This document shows, piece by piece, positions 25,204 through 38,810 of a DNA stretch of 64,000 nt. How positions within the stretch are numbered: the stretch's first letter is position 1; each line of letters starts with the position of its first letter. The position numbers and the translations under genes are program-made. The notes beneath the pieces were generated by a model. The model was given only the letters and a program-made list of their open reading frames with translations, ran no database searches and had not been told where the DNA came from. The stretch is from NCBI GenBank assembly GCA_013239625.1, contig MU056050.1:2466084-2530083 (forward strand). Reading direction: 5' to 3'. The DNA is from Lama guanicoe (Eukaryota).

Positions 25204-25643
25204 CACCAATATATACAATCCACATCTTCTTAATCCAATCATCTGTTGATGAGCACTTGGGCTGCTTCCACACCTTGGCTATTGCAAATAATGCTGCTAT
25301 GAACATTGGGGTGTATGTATCTTTTTGAATTAGTGTTTTTGTTTTTTCTGGATATATACCCAGGAGTGGAACTGCTGAATCATATGGTAGTTCTATTTTT
25401 AGTTTTTTGAGCAACTTCCATACTGTTTTCCATAGTGGCTGCACCAATTTACATTCCCACCAACAGTGTATGAGGGTTCCCTATTTTCTGCATCTTGGAC
25501 AACATATGTTATTTGTAGGCTCTTTGATGACAGCCTTTCAGACAGGTGTGAGGTGATAACTCATTGTGGTTTTCATTTGCATTTCTCTAATAATTAGCAA
25601 TATTGAGTATCTTTTCATGTGCCCGTTGGCCATCTGCATGTCG
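24671..25643 (-). mobile_element. 5'-truncated L1 (ORF2 C-terminus plus 3' UTR)
   Basis: ORF 25004-25447 encodes the L1 ORF2 end ([43 protein letters not shown]); TSD AGAAGTTGT(G/C)ATTT at 24655 and 25644. Confidence 0.92.
25112..25200. repeat. Compound (TG)n(TA)n microsatellite inside the L1
   Basis: Read directly. Confidence 0.95.
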
Positions 25644-26194
25644 AGAAGTTGTCATTTTAAATATGGTGGTTATGGTAGGCCTTATTGAGAAAGAATTAAG
25701 CAAAGACTTGAAGGGTGAAGGACAGCCATGGAGATATCTGGGGAAAGCATTCCAGGGTCATAGTGGTGTTGATGAAAATTGGTGATATTCTGAATGTATT
25801 GTGAAAATTGAGATGAAAGCATTCACTGATAGACTGATGTGGGATAGGAGGGGGTAATTAAAGATGACTCCAAGGGTTTTGGAGAAATTTTAAAAAATGA
25901 GTTACATATAGATCATGCCATAAGTGAACTTACAATATAGGAGAGATAAGACATGTACACAAGTACCTCTACTACATGGCAGCAAGCACTGTGCTCAATA
26001 ACAAAGGCACAAATTCAAGCGTCAAGCAAGATGAAGAAGTTCCGGAGATGGATGGTGAATGTACATGTGGATATATTTGATGTCACTGAACTGTACACTT
26101 AAAAATGGTTAAAATGGTAATTTTTATGTTATATACATTTAATCATAATTTTAAAAAGGGTGCTAAGAAAACCAAAAACAAAAATTCAAGTGCC

Positions 26195-26370
26195 TACATT
26201 CAATAGCTTGTAATAACCAATAATGAAAAAGAATCTGACAAATATATATATATATGTATAACTGAATCACTATGCTATACACCGGAAACTAACACAACAT
26301 TGTACATCAACTATACTTCAATTTAAAATATATATATATATTAAATTTCCTTGCAAGTCAAAAAAAATTC
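26195..26370 (+). mobile_element. L1 3' end fragment
   Basis: GTATAACTGAATCACTATGCTATACACCGGAAACTAACACAACATTGT..CTATACTTCAA plus A tail. Confidence 0.75.
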
Positions 26371-27779
26371 ATGTGCCAAAAGAGTTCAGAGGAGGAAGAA
26401 GAGATGAGCTTCGGCTAAGGGAATAGAGAAGGCTTTGAGTAGGGGCAGTCTTTTCACCTAGGCAGAGGGAGCAGTTTAAGCAAATTAATGGAAGACAAGA
26501 AGGCTGAGAATGGGCAGGGGCACAGCAAGTGGTTCCATTTGTCAGAAGAAGGGAGTGTGAACAAGAGGCTAAGGAATTTTAACATTATCTTGGTGGCAGC
26601 ATTGAACAGTTTAACTCATATGGCCTTGGGGAGGCTGAATTGTCGGGGACCAGTCTAGGGACAGAGGGGTCAGTTGGGAGACTTGGGTAATGGCCAGACC
26701 CACCTGTAATCAGACAGATTAAGGTTTGAATCACTGTTCCAGCTCCCACACATACTAGCAGTGTGACTTTGGGCAAGCCATTGAAACTCTCTAAACCTCA
26801 GTGTCTTCATCTGTAAAATGAGGAAAATGATAGTTAAATATTTCATAAGATTGCTGTGAGGATTGAGTGAAATATATATTTGCTTGCAATTACTATTATT
26901 ACAGTAAGTCAGATGTGAGATTTCCAGAGCTGTGACAATGGGAGAGGATCAGAGGGGATATCTTAGCAAAAGCCTAAGAACCAAAAAGTTTCTCCTTTTC
27001 TCCCTCCAAATTCCCTTTTCATGAAGGGCAGTATCATTTGAGGATGCAGGTGATACTTATGATATTCCCCTTGACATGAAACATTATCGTTCAGAACCTC
27101 TCATCTCACTACACTAGCCTGTAAGGTGGCCCAAGTTTCTGAAGTAAACTTCATCTGTTAGTCTGATTATTGGTTCCTACAGCATATTTGAAATAAATCC
27201 AGGATTATAAGTATTTTATGTACACAAATTTCCTTCCGCTTTCTTTCTTCCCTGTTCATTTTCCCTTCGTCTCCCAATCCCCTTCCCGCCCCGACTGAGT
27301 CTTCCTTTCTTTTCCCTTTCACCCTCCCTCCTTGGACACAGATCATATTCTAATCTCAGCTTCCTCGTTTATTTGGTGCGTGCTATAGGCACAGTCAGCC
27401 TCTCGGGGCCTCAAATTTCCTCTGTTAAAATGGGTTTAATAAGAGAGTGCCTACCTTAGAGGGTTGTCAAAATTAGAACACACAACAAGTCCTATGCCGA
27501 CCACAGTGCCTGGACTATAGTAAGAACTAAACCTCTTCGCTCTCTGTCTTTTCATCCTTTTACCTCTATCCCTTTACTCCTCCACCTCAGAGCTCAGCAT
27601 ATAAAAACCGTGGGAAAAAACACCTCGAGCCTACAGCAGGAAATGCTGGAGCTGGGGGCGGGGACTACGCGGTGCCCACTGCGCATGCGTGCCCGCTCCT
27701 TCAGGTTCTGGGCTCCAACTCGGGGGGGTGGGGTGGGGGGAAATAGGGCTCCATTTGTCCTGGTTCCCCCCTTCCGGCC

Positions 27780-27852
27780 CCAGGAAGTGGCGGGACCTCG
27801 GTGGCGCCCCGGGCGGGCTCAGCGTTAATCGAAGGACGTCCAGGCCCGAGGG
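27780..27852 (+). other. XIAP: XIAP candidate upstream non-coding first exon (1a); start approximate
   Basis: Strong donor GGG|GTAAGT at 27853, followed by a YY1 motif, inside the island. Confidence 0.6.
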
Positions 27853-28149
27853 GTAAGTTCGAAAATGGCGGAGGGGAAAGAAGGAGGGGCTTTGCAGGGC
27901 GGGAGGCTGGCCTCGCGGCGAGGGTAGAGGCAAGCTGACTGCGGGGGGCCCAGCGGCGCGGCAGGGGCCGGGAGACGGACGGGCCGCGCCGCGTGCCGTG
28001 TTTCTTTGAGGCCCTGACGTGCACGCACTTTGGATTCCCCAACTCGGGGTCCTCCCAGGGAATGGGCGGGCTGGTGGATGAGCGTGAGGGAGACGGAGGG
28101 ACTTCCGTTTCCTTTTCGACTGGGGCCTGGCCGCGGAGAGGAGTTGGCA

Positions 28150-28245
28150 TTTCCAGATTGGGGCTTGGGCTGCCCCTCCTCCAGGACCCTCCCCTCGGCA
28201 CCGCGCGGGGCGCCGCGGGCGATCCAGGCCGGCTCTCCTGGCGCG
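28150..28245 (+). other. XIAP: XIAP non-coding first exon (1b); start approximate
   Basis: Resembles the recalled human XIAP 5' UTR (GATTGGGGCT..GGACCCTCCCC..CCTGGCGCG joined to AAAAGGTGGACAAG); donor GCG|GTGGGT at 28246. Confidence 0.8.
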
Positions 28246-31200
28246 GTGGGTACTGCCCGTACGGGCTTCCTCATCCCTCTCCTCCCCTCCCCTTTCCTTC
28301 TCTCCCCTCCCTCCCCTCGGGCCCGGCGCTGCGGGGGAGGGCGAGAAAGCCGCCCCTGCCCTGCGCTGGTGGCTCTCCCGGAGCTTCTTGCCCAGGTCCT
28401 CGCGACTGCCGAAGGAAGGCGTGGGTACGTGGGTGGCTTCAGGCCGCCCGGGTGCCTGCTTAAACCCCGTGGCCCCTAAGGTAAATCGAGTCAAAGAACT
28501 TTTTTTTTATAATGATCAAAGGGGACCCCCCCCCCCCACATCTGGTGCCTGTGGCAGGTATGGAGCAGGGTGGAGTGTGTCTGGCGAGGGCGTGTGAAGC
28601 AGAAAGAATAGGAGTCCAAGACCTTCCGGAAGAGGAAATTAGTAATTCTTTCCAACCCTTGCTGCCGTGGTCACCTCCCTAGCACCTTCTGGGAGTAAAA
28701 CAAAATTCAATCTAACTTTCAGTTTCATTATTTTAACTCCATAATACACTTAATTGTTTTCTTTTCAGGAGGAGGGGAATGGTTATTGCTGACACTAAGC
28801 AACAGCCCTCTCCACCTCCAAAAAAGAAAAATGTCAATCAAAGCTTTGTAAAAACCTATCAGATTTTAATAATCTACTACTTTGCTTTCAAATATAATTA
28901 CGTCACTACTCATGTCACAAATGTACTACCTTGATAGCTAATGACACTTAGAAATTTACTCTCGTAAGATTGGAGGTTGCTTTAGTGCTTTTCTGCTCTT
29001 TTTTTACTTAACATTTGTTACATCCAGTTCAAGAGTACACTGTTACAGACGGCCATCTTAGAATTATAACGTTTTAGAGTTGGAAAGGATCTTAGTCCAA
29101 CCCTGATATTTTACAAAAGCATAAACTAAGGCACAGGAAGATTTCATGGCTTGCCTAAAGCTACTTGATTACTTAGATTAGAACCCAGGTTGTCTGGCTC
29201 CTAGCTCAACACTCTTTCTGCGCAGCTGCTTCACATAGCTTCCAAGCAAGAAAATTAAATGTATTCCGTGCACGTTTCTGAAGCATATACCACTTGTGCC
29301 ATACAACCGTGCTACTGCTTTCTGTGTATTTAACATGTTTATGAAGCCAGTGCTGGAGATATTTTTCCCCATCGTTCAAGAAGTGGCAACAGTTTAGCTT
29401 AAAAAGATTTCTACATACGCACCCATCTACTTGTATATGCTTAACTTCGTGAAGGAGGCACAGGAAAAATGTTAACAGTGATTACTTTGGGAGGTGGAGG
29501 GGGATGGGAATCTTTTACTTTGTATTCACATATGACCGAATGTACTGTTTGAACTTCTTATCATAAACAAGTATTGATTTTATAACTAAAAACAAGTTTT
29601 AGAGTTCATACACATATACGTATATCCGTATAAACAAGTCTCAATGGTATGTGTGTATGTATTTATATACATACATATATTTATGTCTCAGTGGTTTGTG
29701 TTGTAAAATCCGCGAAGGTTCATGTCAGCCCTACTGGCAGAGCAGTCCTGATTTTTGGATGCTCACATTTCTTCTTTGGTTTTCTCCTGTTGCTCCTAAT
29801 GTAAGAAGGTAGCAATGATATATGTTATTAGTCTTCACATATTTTTATAAAATGTGCTAAGCTTTTGATTATTGAGTAATGTAGGAAATAACATTCAGGA
29901 TATCAAATTTGGCACAATGGTAAAATTTTGAATGTAGAATCTTTGCGGGTAAGAATCATAATAAAAAATTAAGACTGAAGCGGTCCCTGGTGATTAGTGG
30001 TTCTTTTGTTTTTATGAATAGGTTAAGACACAAGAAAAAGTGAATTGCCCAAGGTTATATATCTGATTATTAATAGAGCTTGGACTAGGGTCTTGGTCCT
30101 AATCCAGTGCCCCTTGTACTACACCTGTAATTTTATTACTTTCTAGTACATTCGATGACTAATTAAGGGGACAAAGTAATGCTGACTAAAGGTTAGTCAG
30201 GCCCATTTCAGTAGGTAAGAATTACTGTGATTAATGTACCAGTTAATTTATATAGTGCTTGAAATAGTAATGTAAATGTTCTCCTTATATTTGGTTGTAA
30301 ACATTAGCTTGTTTAGTAAATCCTTTTATATTTATTTACATATATATTATTATGTTTATATAATATTTAGTAAATATTATAAATGCTTAGAGACCCCACA
30401 TACGAAATAACGATATTTCACTGTTTTTGTTTGGTCTCATATTTAAGCCTGGTAGCTGGTGCTAATAGGAAAAAAAAAGCTATGGTTTATATTTTAAAAA
30501 AAACTAATGAGTGCCTACTGTATATGCCAGGCATTGACTGTGTGGTAGAGTTCCAAAGATGAATATGGCAAAGTAGATGCCCTTGTTCTTTTGAGAATGG
30601 GAGATTATCATGAGCTGTCAATTCTCAAACTTTATCTCTGGTCTAATCTGGTAATAGTATTAAAAAATGTAATCTGCGGCACTGTTTAAGGTCATTGTGT
30701 GAGTAGAATTGAGGAGATAAAAACAGTAGTGGTAAAATAAGTTGAATTGAACAAATACTATTTTCATGTTTTAGAGGTCATGTGATACAGTAGAACGAGC
30801 CCTACATTGGAGGCCTGGGTTCTTGTTTTGTCTTTGTTTCCGATTAGCTGTGCGATTGTCAGCAAATCACTAAGCCTTATTTTTTTCTTTTTTCTTTTTC
30901 ATAACTTTTTAATATATTTATTCCATTTAATTCAAAACATGAAAAGGCCATTTGGAATACTATATATTATAAAAGAAAATATGTATATCATATGAATTTG
31001 AGGCCAAACTTAAGAGTTATATGTTTAATCTGTTCTGTGTATACTTAGTAATAGGTTGTCTTTTGTGTGATAAAAGCATATTTATGTCCATTTTGTAGGA
31101 CTCAGCATGGACTTTTATTATTTTTAAATATAATATAGTTGTAGCTCTGCTATTTGATACATTTTGGGATTTGATTTGGTGTGACTGGTACCCAGTCTTT

Positions 31201-34200
31201 GTTGTTGATACATGTGATTCAGTATTATGATGTGTCTATTATGTATTTTCAAGGATATGGGTTGTGGTGACAAGTGAGGTGTGCTGTGTGGACTGGGAAT
31301 AGTTGGACTCAGATGGTCAGGCAGAAGTTGAACTGAGTGAGTTAAGGCTGATTTCCTAAACTGGGCAAAGCTGGTCCCACTGTGCATTCCCTGGTATATT
31401 TATAAATACTAATATGGTTTGAACTTTATACTTATTCCTGTAATAATTTTGTTGACCTTAAAACATGTCAGCATACATGATACACCTTTCTATGGCTCCA
31501 GCTAATTTTTCAAGCCTTGAAAGGACATGGAGCCTAATATTTTCTACCTCACTGGACTACCCTTTTTGCCAGTGATCCTTATAGTAATTTCCTTAGACCT
31601 ATGTTGGTCCAAATCACTGGGTTTACTTTTTATTTTTTTTAACTGTCATTTACTGGCCACATGCTCTTTGATGAGTAACAACCAGTCAGAAAACCACAGT
31701 TTCTCCATAACTCAAATGTGAGTATGATGTGTTGTATAGATTAGATTAGCTACCACATATGAAAAAATGCTAAATTGTAAGCCACATTACATATTTAATT
31801 ATAATCAGAGGTAACATGGTAAAAGAAAAAAAAGGATGATGATCTGTGGAATCACATAAACTCATGCTTAAATTTTGACGTTGTATTAAAACAAATAGCA
31901 TGTTTTAGTAGAGAACTATTTACATGTAGCTAAAATGATGGGGTGGAGGAAAATGAAAATTAGTTTATGGATAGTTTTTAGAACACGTGAGCGTCCATTA
32001 AATATGTTGTGATATTTTAATTTGGCTTCTGGTTATTTATTGTGGCAAAGTTTCCTTTACTTTGTGTCATTTTTTAAATTTAAGCCGAACAGAAAACAAA
32101 CCTACTCAATGTTTGCATATAGGCAACAGAGTGGCTATTAGATAGAACTAAATATTTTTACTGGGAGAAAAAGAAAAGATACTGACTTTTATCAAGAACT
32201 TGTTTCAGCACTTGCTTGAGATCCCAACATGATCATGAAAGGGAATTCTGAGAAATATCTAGGGTAGGTTTGACCCATTCACCAAGTCGTTCATTGAAAG
32301 AACCTCAGCATGGCACTTATGGAACCATTTGATTTTTAAGTACTACATCCTAATTACTCTGTCAGAATAAGTTATCTGGACAAGTATCAAGTAGAATAAG
32401 TTCCAGTTTCTACGGTCTTAGTCAAATCATTTAACTTCCTTATGCTTTAGTTGCCTTATCTTAAAGTGAAAGTGTGACTACTATTATACTGTGAAGCACA
32501 AACATAAGTAAATTATATTGAACAAGTTTTGCTTGTGGATGTCTACAGAATATAATGATCTTTTCAGTGTACTTGTTTCTGAGCTGCCCTTTTGTAAAAA
32601 TTATTTTAGAGAAATTTTGGCCAGAGATCAGGGGAGACTCCTTTTTTACCAGGCCCCAAATTAATTTATTGTTTTTATAAGGCAATGAATGAACAAGTTT
32701 AGAACTCCAACAAAAGGCATCCATCACTCAACATTTTTCAATGAAGTCTTTTATTTTCAACTTAAGTTAACAATAAGTAGCCATCAGGTATTATTATTAT
32801 CTGTATTCCTCAGCCCTCTCTGCTAATGATTTACTGCTACACAAACAGTGGACCAAAAGACATTTGTTCATGGCCAACTACTGTGGACGTGACGTGGTTA
32901 CTGTGTTTATCTCTGGGAGTTGACCTATATCCTCTTTTTTGTTTTTAAGCTGATGATAGTAGTATTACAAAGTAGAAAGGTGGCACAAATTCTCAGGACA
33001 GGCAAAAACATAAAGACTAAGAAAGTACCCTTCTCTCTCCTTTTGAGTTATAAAAATTATCTTCTGTGAAGGAAGAGCCAAAACCTTGGGATAGGAAGTC
33101 CCACTATTGGTAGCTTACTGGGCCAGTGTATTCACAAACTGAGGAAGCCTTGTCACGTGGCAAATAGCCAAATAATACCCCTAGTCTGCTGGGCAGGATT
33201 GTATAAGGGACCTTGATTAATCGAGAGTCCAGCTGCTTTTTTCTTTTGATTAGAATCTAATACAATTTAGATAAATTCTGGATAAAATGTGGAAAATTAA
33301 GAAAACCACAAAGAAAAAAAAAATCGGTAGTCCCACTGCCCAAAGATAATAACCACAGTAGAATTTTGAATTTTAGCCTGTCTTTATATGTGTTTTTTAA
33401 TAATTGGAATTATACTGAACAATATTGTATTGTTAACCATCTGCTTTCACTTAATACAACATCATGAACACATATCTGTATTCTTTAGTATTCTTCTACA
33501 ACCTAGTTTTTAAAGATTGTCTAGTATCCACATTACCAAAGTGTTGTCCTCTTTTGTTGGAATTGAGGGGGGTTTTTGTTTTTATAAATAACGCTGTATT
33601 GAACATCCTTTTAAATACATTTTTAAAAGAAATCCCTGATTATTTCCTTGGAGTTCATACTTAGACCTAGAATGACTGGTTCAAATGTAATCATATATTT
33701 AAGACTTTTAGAGTATATTGCCAGATTATTCTCTAGAAAATGTGTACCAGTTTTTAGTTCCATCAACAAGAGTGCCTGTTGTCCCATACCTTCTCCACCG
33801 CTAAATTTTTATTGTTGATAGTGAAGACAATCTCTGCCAAACAGGACAAAAATGATATCTTTTAAAATGTTTATGTCTTTGATTACTAGTGCTATTTAAC
33901 ATTTTTGTATATGCTTTGTTAGCCATTAGTATCTGCCATTTGTAAATTTGTCTCTTTTCTATTGAGATGTTCACCTTTTTCTCATAGATTAATAAGTGCT
34001 TTCCAGCTTTTTCTTAAGACTATTTCTAGTCAAAACCAAGATAGATTAAAAGGAGGTGGAAATAGGACACACTTCTGTTTGAGGCCACTTCATATTGGTG
34101 TTAAAAGCAAATAGACAGGACATTTACTCCAACATTTTTTATAGTAGTAAAAAATTGTTAGCTTTCTAAATGTCCAGCAATAAAGGTGCATAACTATGTG

Positions 34201-36284
34201 TATATAGAATATGTTAACATTTATGTGTTTTAAAATGCTCATACGTGATTGCATGTTCGTAGCCTGTCTCTGGAGGAATTCACAAGAAACTGGTAAGAGT
34301 GATTGCTTCTAGGAAGGGAACTGGAGGTTTAAGGTTCAGAGGTGGAATTGATACAACTATTGTGCCTCTTGAATTATTTGATCATGTGTATATTTTCTTT
34401 TTTATAAGTATACATTTAAAATTAATGTTCAGCAATATGGAATTGATGAGGTTATGATACATTAATATAGTCAGATACTAGTCATCCATTTAAAATAATG
34501 TTCTAATCTAGATAAAAACTGATGTGGAAAGATGCTTATGATATTACTAAATGGGAAAAAGCAAATTGTGAAAATACCATGTACAATAAATCCCCTTTAG
34601 AAATACTTGTAATGTGCATATGCTACCTGCACATAGAAAAGGCTTTTAAAGGATAAACATATTAAAGTATTCACAGCTTGAATAGTAGGATTCTATTTTT
34701 CCCCCTTTCTTTTATAAAGGAAAACTATTGTTTATATTAAATATTGGGTTGGTGTCCATCTTGAGATTTTGTTTTTCTGCCTGCTCTGATTTTAGCAAAG
34801 GTTTTGATCTGGACTCTGAATAAGCACAAATAGTATTAATCTATGTCATGGATCTAGAGTTTGGGCTATAGGTGGTTTGTTCTTGAATCAAAGACTTGAT
34901 TAACAAGCACTGTAAATTGTCTTAAGTTCTGAGCAGTTTTCAGTAAAGTGGAAGTGGGGATAATCGTGACCTTTTAATGATTTTGAGTGAATTCTTGAAC
35001 CCCAAACCTGTATATTCTTCATGAAAACATTCTTTTGGGGAAACACAGTCCCATAATTTGTTGAAGAAAAAAATGAAGGAATACCTTCCTGGGTTGTCCA
35101 TTCTGAGAGAACTGTACCTGTGGAGTTAATTATTATAAGTAATTTGGCAAAGATTGGAGGTCTGGGCTCAAATTTAAGTATTATTATAGCTTTCTCAATT
35201 AAGTATAGAACATGTAATTGATACTCCCTTTGTTGATTCTCAGTATGCCCTTTCAGGTGTTTACAGAAGTAGGCTTCATGATCAAGCATATGTTGTAGAC
35301 AGAAGTATTAATAAGTTTATGTTGTTGACTGAACTTATGGGCTAAGTGCTCATTAATGCCATTCAGTTGTTTGAATGGCTCTAGTGCTTAATTTTAGGGT
35401 GAGAACTTTTGATTGGATTGAATATAATTAACCTCAAAAATGTTTTATTGACCATTTAACCTAAAGTTAAAAGGAAATATGCTTCTTGGTTTGAAGAACC
35501 TTAGTAGTATAAATGAACAATTTGACCAAAAGTTGAATTTTTATGTAAATATAGTATAAAAGCTGAATTTTTTAAATGATCCCTTTTTGTTCAGGGCATA
35601 TTACTTTTAAAATTCAGCTTTTTTTATACTGTGATACATTTACATAGATACAGTTCTTAGATACTACAACTTTGTAAATCAACATGCTATTTCTAAACAG
35701 GGAACTAATACTTTAAGATCATTAAAAGAGGGATTGACCTCCACTGGGTCAGGGAGAATGTTGCTTATTTGACAAAATGTCTATGCTGGATCATCTATAG
35801 GGGAAAAAAAGCAACTGATGAGAAAATCTTATAATATTTCTGCATGTAATAAGCAAAGAGAGAAGCTTAAGATAAATTTTAAATTATTATGGTGTTTTGG
35901 GTTAGCACATAGAAGTGTTTATGATGTTACTGTGAAAAATTTTGTAAATCCTGTAATATTTTTGAAATGTGACTTTACTATAGGTTTGTATCACTGAAGA
36001 ACTGTACTGTTTGCCTGATATGCATGTATTTCCTGTTTGGGTCACATTTCCTGGGGACAATGGCATATTAACAAGTTTTAGTACTCACAGTGATCTCAAG
36101 AGTTTAGGGGAGGTAGTGGGTGGGATGTGGGATAGTAACAGCTGTGGCATAATAGAGGTATTTCACATTCATTATTTTGCCCAACACTGATTAAGCACTA
36201 CTGTGTGTCATGCATTGCTTTAGGCATTGGGAATACAAATATGATAAGACACAGCCCTTACCATATAGGACCTTCCTTCTCACA

Positions 36285-36285
<1 letters not shown>

Positions 36286-36322
<37 letters not shown>

Positions 36323-36341
36323 GTGTGTGTGTGTGTGTGTA
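36286..36341. repeat. (AC)n-ATAT-(GT)n palindromic microsatellite
   Basis: 36301-36340 is a perfect 40-bp palindrome centred on CATATG. Confidence 0.95.
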
Positions 36342-36616
36342 TGCAAAAGTTATTCAATATTATTCTAGTACAACTTGAGTCATCAGCAAATTAGAGGATA
36401 TAGTGAAGGCACAAAGAATAGTCATTTTACTGGGCTTTTGAGTGGAAGAATCAGCAAAGATGTCATAGATGAGATTCTAAAAACATACATTTTCTGAGTT
36501 TTAAGCAAATGCCCTTATTTAATCACATAATATGTTTCAGTCAGCATAGTAGTACCGCATTGGGGGCTAATAGGGTTATATTGCTTGCTTAATTTTTGTC
36601 GTGTTTTTAATATCAT

Positions 36617-37071
36617 TGTGTTAGTTTCTTAGGGCCACCATAGCAAAGTACCACAAACTGAGTGGCTTAAAACAACAGAAATTTATTTTCTCACAGTTCT
36701 GATGGCTAGAAGTCCAAAATCAAGGTTTTGGCAGGGCCATGCTCTCTCTCTGAAGGCTCTGGGGAGAACCTGTTCCATGCCTTTCTCTTAGCTTCTGGTG
36801 TTGCTGTTGATCCTTGGTATTCCTTAGCTTGTAGATACATCATCACTCTAGTCTCTGCTTCTGTCTTTACATGTCCATCTTCCCTGTGTCTGTTTCTTCT
36901 TTTTCTACAAGGATATCAGTCATATTGGATGAGGGCATCCTAATGACCTCATTTTAACTTGATTACATTTGTAAGGACCCTATGTCCAAAGAAGGTTACA
37001 TTCCTAACCAGTAGTTAGGACTCCAGCATATTGGGGTTGGGGTGGTGTGTGTGCACAATTCAACTCATAAC
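36617..37071 (-). mobile_element. MaLR LTR (MLT1-type)
   Basis: TGTGTTAGTTTCTTAGGGC..CAAAGTACCACAAACTG..GGCTTAAAACAACAGAAATTTATT..TCACAGTTCTG. Confidence 0.85.
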
Positions 37072-38308
37072 GATTGTTTAATTTCCTTTTACTGTGCCAC
37101 ATCAATATAGTTACTTAAGGAATGCTTTTTCATGGTGAGAGGTTAACAAAGCCTTTGGTTGCAAGAATATAAGTATTTGTAGTTCATTAAATGATCCTGT
37201 AGTGATTGGATGAATTTCATCCAGAGACCAGAAGGGTGAAGCACAGACAGGTTATAGATTATCTATGAGCACAATGGAAAAAAAGGCTCAAGGTTTTGCT
37301 ACTTATTTGTTAAGAACAATGATTTGTTATTCTGGTACTATTTTGACTTTAAAAAAAATTTAATGGGTATTTGTAATAGTTAATTTTCAGTCATCAGAGA
37401 TAGTTTCCTAGTTAACCATCTTAAATAATTAAATTTATATTAATCTTCAGAGTCAAAATTACTTTCTTCAGTGTCTTGTACACATATGAAACTGCTTGCT
37501 TATTTTTTTCTACGTTGCTGTGATAACTGAAACTCATGATATTATGGAATAGATTGTTTTCTAAAATTGCATAAGCCATAATAATTGACTACCAAATAGT
37601 GTTTTTATATTCACTGTTAATCTTCATTTCAAGTAAGGCAGATTTTTATTAGAAAGCTTAATACTTAAATACATTTCTGAGTAGTGTTCTGATATTAAAT
37701 CTCACAAAAATATTTCCCTGCATGGGATTTTTTTTTCTATTGCTTTGACATTAGAAGATTTTTTCAGTTAATCAAGACTTTATTTCGTTATATATTTTTT
37801 ACCATTTAGAGAAGCTATCCTTCAAAGTGAAGTCGTTCAATCCTTCATTGTTTTAATAGTGCACAACTGTTATAAAGGCATCCATACTAGGCCTACTGTA
37901 AGATTAATTAATAAGTAGCTTTGGGGGGAATTAGCCATAAACCACAGGAAACTTATCTACTTCATAGTATTCTTAATTTCTATGTACACGCATACTATAG
38001 TGCTTGTGCATTTTGTACAATGATAATTACCAAAGAAATCAGGCAGAGAATGAAAGTTGGCAGCTTTACCCTTACTTGTTCTAAGTGGATATGTGGGAAA
38101 TAAATAACCTAATGAAAATAATAATCTCTACCTGTCAATAGTAAATACCACAACTTTCTCCTAAAGTGTAGGCAGTGTTCCTAGAATAATTCCACTGAAG
38201 AAAATCCAAAATCTTTGTACAAAAAAGGGCACAAGTATGTCCTATGCATAAAAAAATCTCTTAATGTAAGTGCATTTTGTATCCAAAACGATTTGCACTA
38301 GTTGAATA

Positions 38309-38810
38309 CAGATCTTCCTCAACTTACAATGGCATTATGTCCTAGTAAAACCATCCTAAGTTGAAAATACCATAAGCTGAAAATGCATCTAATACACCTA
38401 ACCTACTCAACATCACATCTTAGCCTAGCCTACCTTAAACCTAAAAAGCCTACCAGAATACTTATATTCACTTACAGTTGGGCAAAATCATCTAACATAA
38501 ACCTATTTTATAATAAAGTGTTGAATATCTCATGTAATTTATCAAGTACTATACTGAAAGTGAAAAACAGAATGGTTGTATGGATGCAGAAGGGTTGTAA
38601 ATATATCAGTTGTTTACCCTTGTAGTTGGGTGGGTGACTGGGAGCTGTGGCTCGCTGTGCTGTCCAGCATCACTAGAGAGCATCAAACTGCCCTAGCCCA
38701 GGAAAAGATGAAAATTCAAAGTAAGGTTTCCACTGAATGGGTATCACTTTTGCACCATTGTAAAACTGGGAAATCATAAGTTGAACCATCATAAGTTGAG
38801 GACAATCTAG
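38309..38810. mobile_element. MER47/Tigger5-like TcMar DNA transposon
   Basis: TA|CAGAT..CCTCAACTTA...CATAAGTTGAGGAC.ATCT terminal inverted repeats; body matches the recalled MER47 consensus. Confidence 0.8.

Larger units (their letters stand above)
27590..28500 (+). promoter_or_regulatory. XIAP: XIAP CpG-island promoter
   Basis: CpG island; NRF1-like TGCGCATGCG (27680-27689); ETS CAGGAAGTG (27781-27789) and ACTTCCG (28101-28107); YY1 AAAATGGCGG (27862-27871); GC boxes; TATA-like ATATAAAAA near 27599. Confidence 0.9.

Noticed and set aside
27610..28597. Long overlapping ORFs (e.g. 287 aa on the minus strand) in the promoter
   Set aside because: Expected in GC-rich, stop-poor CpG islands; low-complexity R/P/G/A content with no recognisable domain. 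Only the frame continuous with XIAP is kept as a finding.
31253..31336. Cryptic 5' UTR exon (TTTTCAAG| ... GA|GTGAGT) in intron 1
   Set aside because: Splice-like motifs alone are common in a 16-kb intron; no independent support
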